NCBI GenBank assembly: GCA_040220235.1
Contig: JAVJTO010000041.1
Origin: Coleofasciculus sp. B1-GNL1-01
GTDB lineage: Bacteria > Cyanobacteriota > Cyanobacteriia > Cyanobacteriales > Coleofasciculaceae
Direction: 5' to 3' (one strand)
DNA length: 20,622 bases
Positions 15,139 through 20,622 of this stretch are shown piece by piece; position 1 is the first letter of the stretch, and each line of letters begins with the position of its first letter. Position numbers and translations under genes: made by a program. The notes beneath the pieces are model-generated. The model searched no databases. It was not told the DNA's origin and saw only the letters and a program-made list of their open reading frames with translations.

Positions 15139-16152
15139 ATGACCATGACCAGTACAGTCCCCGTTAGCCTCACGTCCCTTACCTTATCTGCATTAGCGAT
15201 CGCGGCTACCTCACCTGCTGCGGCAATCTCCCTAGCGACTGGGTATAAGTACGAGCGCTTCGATATCCCTGGTGCTACATTCGTTACCGTTAACGCGATT
15301 GACAATATTGGGCAAATTGCCGGACAAAAAGCAGAAAACGGTCCTGCAACAGGTTTCTTTGTGGATAGCGATGGAGAAACAACATTTTTTGACCCGCCTG
15401 GATCTTACGCGACTGCGGTATGGGACATGAACGATGCGGGTACTATCGTGGGGTACTCCTTCCGCGACGACTCCTTTCTCAAGACAGAACCCTACATATA
15501 TAACAGCAGTCAGTTTTACACTCCGGATCTGTTCCCTGGCAATAATTTCCCAGACGTGGAGTTCTCTTCAATCAATAATGCAGGGCAGATTGTTGGGTTC
15601 TACTATACCGATCTTTTCTGGAATCCTTATGAGGTGCATGGATTTCTGTTAAATGCCGATGACTTCTCAACCCTAAGTCCTGATGATGTCACCCCGATTA
15701 CGATTGCTGGGGCGAGTCAGATTTTCCCTTGGGGAATCAATGACGCTGGCAAGATTACTGGTCATTTTAATGATACCAATGGCACCCATGGTTTTCTTCT
15801 GGAAGGGGAGCAACTCACCCAACTCAACATTCCCGGAGCAGACAGAACTAGACCCTCTGGCATTAACAATAAAGATTCTATCATCGGCGTGTTTACCCTG
15901 CCGGAAACAGGGCGAAATTCTTACTCGTTTATTTGGAACAATGGGCAATTTCAGGAACTGGTCTTCCCCAATGCCTTGTCAACTCGGGTGCTGGACATTA
16001 ATGATGCCGGAGTGATTGTTGGACGCTATCAAGATGCTGACGGCAAATTTTATGGCTTCCGCGCCACACCTGTTCCTGAACCCAGCACGGTTTTCGCATT
16101 GGTGGGATTGGGTGTTGTCGCTTTTTTAGGGAATCGTCAAAAACGTTTATAA
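15139..16152 (+). CDS. PEP-CTERM surface protein with six HAF-like extracellular repeats (probable beta-propeller)
   Basis: Signal peptide, repeats AIDNIGQIAG, DMNDAGTIVG, SINNAGQIVG, GINDAGKITG, GINNKDSIIG and DINDAGVIVG, then VPEPS + TM helix + RQKR. Start is probably ATG 15139 or 15145. Confidence 0.85.
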   Translation: MTMTSTVPVSLTSLTLSALAIAATSPAAAISLATGYKYERFDIPGATFVTVNAIDNIGQIAGQKAENGPATGFFVDSDGETTFFDPPGSYATAVWDMNDAGTIVGYSFRDDSFLKTEPYIYNSSQFYTPDLFPGNNFPDVEFSSINNAGQIVGFYYTDLFWNPYEVHGFLLNADDFSTLSPDDVTPITIAGASQIFPWGINDAGKITGHFNDTNGTHGFLLEGEQLTQLNIPGADRTRPSGINNKDSIIGVFTLPETGRNSYSFIWNNGQFQELVFPNALSTRVLDINDAGVIVGRYQDADGKFYGFRATPVPEPSTVFALVGLGVVAFLGNRQKRL

Positions 16153-16334
16153 ACTGGTGATTGGTGACTGGAGACAAGGATAACTCTTGGAGAATTTTCC
16201 TAATCTCTGGAGTTTAGACTAATTCAACAGAGCTGGGAACTTGATTCTCACCAAAGCTCGGTTACTCACGAATTTGTAATCCGCCAGCAATCGGCTGTTT
16301 ATCCGCTACTTACCTTTTTTTACCGACGACAAAA

Positions 16335-16368
16335 TTGTCATCTGTGATTATAATGATTATCATTATCA
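16335..16368 (+). promoter_or_regulatory. znuA operon promoter overlapped by tandem Zur boxes
   Basis: TTGTCA (16335-16340), 17 nt, TATCAT (16358-16363). Boxes TTATAATGATTATCA (16348-16362) and TGATTATCATTATCA (16354-16368) each have 1 mismatch. Confidence 0.85.
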
Positions 16369-16424
16369 AAAATGAGCGTTACCAAAGTCAAACCTGCTAT
16401 CAATCCAGCAAAGGAGACTAACCC

Positions 16425-17468
16425 ATGCCAAATTATCGCCGTCTAGTTACCACAATCCTGGCGTTAGGAATCGTGTCTTTAGTCGGTTGTGGACAAACTC
16501 AAACGAATGAAACAACCGAATCGGCTCAATCTTCTGACTCTAACATCTCAGAGAACCAGCTTGACGTGGTTGTGAGTATTCCACCGCAAAAATATTTTGT
16601 CGAACGGATTGGTGGTGAATATGTCAATGTCACCGTCATGTTACCGCCTGGTGCGAGTCCAGCCACCTATGAACCCAAACCCCAACAGCTACAAAATTTA
16701 GCGGATGCAGAGGCGTATGCCCGCATCCAGGTTCCTTTTGAGAATGCCTGGTGGGAGCGCATTCGTTCTGGGAATCCGGAGATGAAAGTTGTGGATTTGA
16801 CCGAAGGAGTTAACCGAATGCCTATGGCGGCGGAACATTCCCATTCCGGTGAAGAACACCATCACCACAGTGACGCCGACGAACACCAGCATGATCAGGA
16901 GGCTAGTTCTCAAACCGAAACCGTAGCCAATCCCGATCCTCACATTTGGCTATCACCCCCCCTGGTTAAAGAACAAGCACAAACCATTTATGCAGCCCTT
17001 GTCGAACTTGACCCCAGCCGTCAACAGATTTATCAAGAGAACCTAAATGCCTTCATTGTTGACCTAGAGCAACTGGATCAAGACATTAAGCAAACCCTTT
17101 CTGGGGTTGAGAATCGAACCTTCATGGTCTTCCATCCGGCTTGGGGCTACTTTGCTCGTGCCTACAATTTGGAAATGGTTCCCATTGAAGTTGGAGGCAA
17201 TGAACCCAGTGCGGCAGAAATGTCCAAGCTGGTTTCTAAAGCTAAAGCAGACAATATTCAAGTTATTTTTGCTCAACCTCAATTTAGCACCAGGAACGCT
17301 AAAACAATTGCCAATGAAATTGGTGGAGAAGTGATTTTACTCGATCCACTGGCTGAAGACTGGATGAGCAATATGAGCAAAGTATCTAACACATTTAAAG
17401 ATGTTCTGGGTGATCCAACCGCCCTTTTAGTTGTCACCCCTCACCTTGTCGCTGTGATTAGCAAATAG
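16425..17468 (+). CDS. znuA: Zinc ABC transporter substrate-binding lipoprotein
   Basis: AAGGAG RBS, lipobox LVGC, PGASPATYEPKP, His-rich loop EHSHSGEEHHHHSDADEHQHD, DPHIWLSP and FHPAWGYFA. Confidence 0.9.
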   Translation: MPNYRRLVTTILALGIVSLVGCGQTQTNETTESAQSSDSNISENQLDVVVSIPPQKYFVERIGGEYVNVTVMLPPGASPATYEPKPQQLQNLADAEAYARIQVPFENAWWERIRSGNPEMKVVDLTEGVNRMPMAAEHSHSGEEHHHHSDADEHQHDQEASSQTETVANPDPHIWLSPPLVKEQAQTIYAALVELDPSRQQIYQENLNAFIVDLEQLDQDIKQTLSGVENRTFMVFHPAWGYFARAYNLEMVPIEVGGNEPSAAEMSKLVSKAKADNIQVIFAQPQFSTRNAKTIANEIGGEVILLDPLAEDWMSNMSKVSNTFKDVLGDPTALLVVTPHLVAVISK

Positions 17469-17601
17469 TCGCTCATTATTGGCTTTTTTTGCATCGAATG
17501 ACACTCAGCTTTTTGCCCCTATCGATTACTAATTTTATCATACCCATGTTTCCTGATGTTGCGCCATATCTGACCCATCCGGGCGATAGCAAAAGGGGTA
17601 T

Positions 17602-18423
17602 TTGTTGCCTAATTTAAAAGAGAGTAATGGTATCACTGTGGCACAATCAACTACATCTGAAGTCGTGATTACGATCGAAAACCTTTGGGCAGGATACGGT
17701 AAAGAACCGATTTTGCACGATATCAATCTTTCGGTCAATAAATTGGACTATATCGGTATCATTGGTTCAAATGGAGGCGGTAAGACTACCCTATTCAAGG
17801 TACTATTAGGATTATTGTCACCTCAACAGGGACGGGTGAGAATTCTCGGACGTTCGATTCGGCAAGGTCGTCGTTATATCGGCTATGTTCCACAGGTGAT
17901 GACATTTGACCGCAGTTTCCCCATTAATGTTTGGGATGTTGTGCGGATGGGACGTTTGGGCAAAGGTCGTTTATTGAGACATTTTAATCGTAAGGATGAT
18001 GAGAAGGTAGAACAGGCATTACAACAGGTAGACTTGCTGGATTTAAAAGATCGCCCGGTGAGTGAGCTTTCTGGCGGGCAGTGCCAACGAGTCTATATTG
18101 CTCGGGCGTTAGCAACAGAACCTCAGATTCTACTGCTTGATGAACCCACTACCAGTCTAGACAGTAAAGCCTCTACAGCCATCTATGAATTGCTGCGGCA
18201 ACTGAATGAATGTGTGACAATTTTGATAATTTCTCACGATATTGGCATGGTATCCTCTTACGTTAAAACAATCGGCTGTTTGAACCAACGGCTGTATTAC
18301 CACGGTGATAGTCAGGTGACGAATGAAATGCTAGAACAGACCTACGGAGAATCAGTAGAACCGGTGATTCACAATCGGTTTGTGCCGCGAACATTAGCCA
18401 CGCATCCGTCAAAATCGACCTAA
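17602..18423 (+). CDS. znuC: Zn/Mn ABC transporter ATP-binding subunit
   Basis: Walker A GSNGGGKTT, IGYVPQ, LSGGQCQR, LLLDEPT and ISHD. The true start may be GTG 17638. Confidence 0.9.
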   Translation: MLPNLKESNGITVAQSTTSEVVITIENLWAGYGKEPILHDINLSVNKLDYIGIIGSNGGGKTTLFKVLLGLLSPQQGRVRILGRSIRQGRRYIGYVPQVMTFDRSFPINVWDVVRMGRLGKGRLLRHFNRKDDEKVEQALQQVDLLDLKDRPVSELSGGQCQRVYIARALATEPQILLLDEPTTSLDSKASTAIYELLRQLNECVTILIISHDIGMVSSYVKTIGCLNQRLYYHGDSQVTNEMLEQTYGESVEPVIHNRFVPRTLATHPSKST

Positions 18424-18460
18424 CTCAAAACCTGAATAGCCGAGACCCAAGGAAATAATT

Positions 18461-19306
18461 TTGATTTCGCTTATGCTGGAAGTTATACAGCAAGAATTTA
18501 TGCAAAATGCCCTATTAGCTGGGCTGTTGATTAGCATTGCCAGTGGCATTATTGGCAGCTTTGTGGTAGTCAATCGGATTGTGTTTATCGCTGGAGGCAT
18601 TGCCCACGCCGCCTATGGGGGTGTGGGTATGGGATTTTTCTTGGGATTTAATCCAGTGCTAGGGGCAAGCGCCTTCAGTCTGATGGCGGCGTTGACAATG
18701 GGCTGGGTGCAGCGTAAAACTCAGTTGCGACAAGATACTGTCATTGGTATGTTATGGGCAATTGGTATGGCAATTGGGATAATTTTTGTTGATTTGACAC
18801 CGGGCTATACGGCAAATCTAAGGAGTTATTTATTTGGTAGTATTCTCTCTGTTCCTAGACGCGATCTCTGGATTATGCTGGCGCTAAATATAATGATCGT
18901 CATTTTGGTCGTGCTGTTTTACAAAGAGTTATTGGCGATCTCCTTTGACGAAACCTTTGCCACAGTGCGGAATGTACCCGTGAATGGGCTTTACCTGATG
19001 CTGATGGGAATTATTGCGCTGACGGTGGTGATGCTGATGCAGGTGGTGGGCGTAATTTTACTGATTGCCCTGCTGTCTATGCCTGCCGCGATCGCGAATC
19101 TGTATGTCAAGGACTTGAAGAAAATGATGCTACTGGCTAGTCTGCTGTGTATGATCTTTACCACAGTCGGATTGTGGCTTTCCTACGTCCTCAATTTTAC
19201 CTCTGGTGCCACGATTGTGCTGTGCGCCGCGATCGCTTATCTTGCCAGTTTGGGCATCAATTTTCTCCGGCGATACCGCCAAAGGGAAACCCGATTGTTT
19301 CAGTAG
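18461..19306 (+). CDS. znuB: Zn/Mn ABC transporter permease
   Basis: FMQNALLAG, GIAHAAYGG, YLFGSIL and ISFDETFA motifs of ABC-3 permeases; multi-TM. Confidence 0.9.
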   Translation: MISLMLEVIQQEFMQNALLAGLLISIASGIIGSFVVVNRIVFIAGGIAHAAYGGVGMGFFLGFNPVLGASAFSLMAALTMGWVQRKTQLRQDTVIGMLWAIGMAIGIIFVDLTPGYTANLRSYLFGSILSVPRRDLWIMLALNIMIVILVVLFYKELLAISFDETFATVRNVPVNGLYLMLMGIIALTVVMLMQVVGVILLIALLSMPAAIANLYVKDLKKMMLLASLLCMIFTTVGLWLSYVLNFTSGATIVLCAAIAYLASLGINFLRRYRQRETRLFQ

Positions 19307-19344
19307 AATCTTTCCCGTTTAATTTGTTAGGTTTTAGTTGATTT

Positions 19345-20307
19345 ATGATAGACACCGATAGCTTCCCAAAAAAACTACCTGTAACTGTCATTACAGGCTT
19401 CCTGGGCAGCGGTAAAACAACGCTGTTGAACTATATATTGCAGAATTTTGAAAATTATAAAGTTGCTGTTTTAGTCAACGAATTTGGCGATATCAACATT
19501 GACAGCCAGTTGTTAATCGCTGTTGAAGAAGACATGATTGAACTGACCAATGGCTGTATATGCTGCACGATTAACGATAATTTAGCGGATGCCGTGTATC
19601 GAGTTTTAGACCGCCAAGATCAAGTAGATTATTTGATTGTTGAAACAACAGGTGTTGCTGAGCCGATACCGATCGCGCTAACATTTTTAGGAACAGAACT
19701 GCGAGATCTGACACAATTCGACTCGATGATCACTGTTGTTGATGTAGAAACCTTTACGTCTGAAGGATTAAACAGCCATGTGGCTAACCTGCAACTCTTT
19801 TACGGAGACATAATCCTACTGAATAAGGTTGACTTAGTTTCAGAAGATCATGTTTCCCAGATAGAAGCTCACATTTGTTCTCTGAAAGAAGGTGCAAGAA
19901 TCATCCGATGTGAGTATGGTCAAGCTCCACTATCACTGATTTTAGATACTAGCTTGGCAGAGTCAGGTTCCTCTACGCAAGCATTGGCGAATTCAGACGC
20001 TAAACCATCAACACATCTGGCAAATGATGGGTTTATGGCAGTATCGTTTAAAGGAGATCGCCCTCTCTCTCTCAAAAAATTTCAACAATTTCTTGACTAT
20101 CAACTTCCGAATAATGTATTTCGCGCTAAAGGCGTTCTCTGGTTTGCCGAAAGCCCCAAGCGACATCTATTTCAACTGATTGGCAAGCGATTCACCATGG
20201 ATGATAGTGAATGGACAACAGCTCCTAAAAATGAACTGGTGTTGATTGGACGTAAACTTGAGGCTCTTTTGTTGATCCAAATGCTGAACAACTGTCTTAC
20301 CAAGTAA
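19345..20307 (+). CDS. COG0523 / CobW-family G3E GTPase (putative zinc metallochaperone)
   Basis: GFLGSGKTT, VNEFG, GCICC (CxCC), VETTG, NKVD and the CobW_C motif FRAKG. Confidence 0.92.
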   Translation: MIDTDSFPKKLPVTVITGFLGSGKTTLLNYILQNFENYKVAVLVNEFGDINIDSQLLIAVEEDMIELTNGCICCTINDNLADAVYRVLDRQDQVDYLIVETTGVAEPIPIALTFLGTELRDLTQFDSMITVVDVETFTSEGLNSHVANLQLFYGDIILLNKVDLVSEDHVSQIEAHICSLKEGARIIRCEYGQAPLSLILDTSLAESGSSTQALANSDAKPSTHLANDGFMAVSFKGDRPLSLKKFQQFLDYQLPNNVFRAKGVLWFAESPKRHLFQLIGKRFTMDDSEWTTAPKNELVLIGRKLEALLLIQMLNNCLTK

Positions 20308-20316
20308 CGGTAATAA

Positions 20317-20622
20317 AAGTCTACTATCACACAGTCTAATTTTTGGGTTTGTGTTCTGAGTGTTCGCAACAGATCCATCCTTTGTAGTGATCAATGTTTC
20401 AAGCGATTACATCAAGTTCCTTGTCGCCACTGTGCCTTTTTTACAGGAGATTATCGCCTCAAATGTACCGTGCATCCTAGTAAGGCTTTATCGGAAGAGG
20501 CAATTGGCTGTTTAGACTACGAACCAATCGCGACATCGTCTCGATCTAACGGTGTACATTCCCCATGTTTTTGTGCCAAAACGACAACTAATCACACCTC
20601 GACATGTTTGCCCATTAACCAT
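20317..20622 (+). pseudogene. Small cyanobacterial Cys-rich protein (HQxPCxxCxFFT..LKCTVHP..EEAIxCxDY type); no clear start, runs off the right edge
   Basis: The frame reads ..FWVCVLSVRNRSILCSDQCFKRLHQVPCRHCAFFTGDYRLKCTVHPSKALSEEAIGCLDYEP... No in-frame ATG/GTG/TTG occurs between the stops at 20305-20316 and the motif. Not in the ORF track. Confidence 0.6.

Larger units (their letters stand above)
945..19236. repeat. HIP1 octamer GCGATCGC, about 20 dispersed copies
   Basis: Copies start at 945, 3809, 4129, 4231, 4352, 5682, 6558, 9126, 9478, 11236, 11411, 12071, 12599, 12935, 13761, 14485, 15046, 15196, 19088 and 19229. This is a cyanobacterial genome signature. Confidence 0.9.

Noticed and set aside
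17546..17617. Small ORF MFPDVAPYLTHPGDSKRGICCLI between znuA and znuC
   Set aside because: It is 23 aa with no clear RBS or recognisable motif and overlaps the znuC upstream region; likely chance.
1..20622. CRISPR array, tRNA, rRNA or cobalamin riboswitch
   Set aside because: No regularly spaced direct repeats or recognisable structural RNA motifs were seen by eye. An Infernal/Rfam scan would be needed to exclude them.

Overview
Cyanobacterial DNA (about 20 HIP1 GCGATCGC octamers) holding a zinc-starvation island. At least seven matches to the cyanobacterial Zur box TGATAATnATTATCA sit upstream of nearly every transcription unit. The familiar zinc-scavenging genes are an All3515-like PEP-CTERM protein, an SLH/OprB-type porin, a second PEP-CTERM repeat protein, znuA-znuC-znuB and a COG0523 GTPase. 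Between them lies a class II lanthipeptide cluster: lanM1-lanT-lanA1 on + converging on lanA2-lanM2-membrane protein on -. Both precursors have their own Zur-box promoters and Cys/His-containing cores with no Lys/Arg (CTLCGNPWHTL; ALNVLAHGTSHEETCHTDCEHCGEATLSL). LanM1 has lost two of the three zinc ligands of its cyclase domain (WCHG->WSHG, CHG->CNG), while LanM2 keeps them. My main hypothesis (inference) is a Zur-controlled RiPP zincophore or zinc-binding peptide system. The left edge shows the 3' half of a zur gene, absent from the ORF track, cut by an IS200/IS605 (tnpB) element. There are signs of decay: an in-frame TAA in lanT, an internally deleted metallophosphoesterase-like gene, and a Cys-rich frame with no start codon at the right edge. 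Family assignments come from motif recognition, not database searches.
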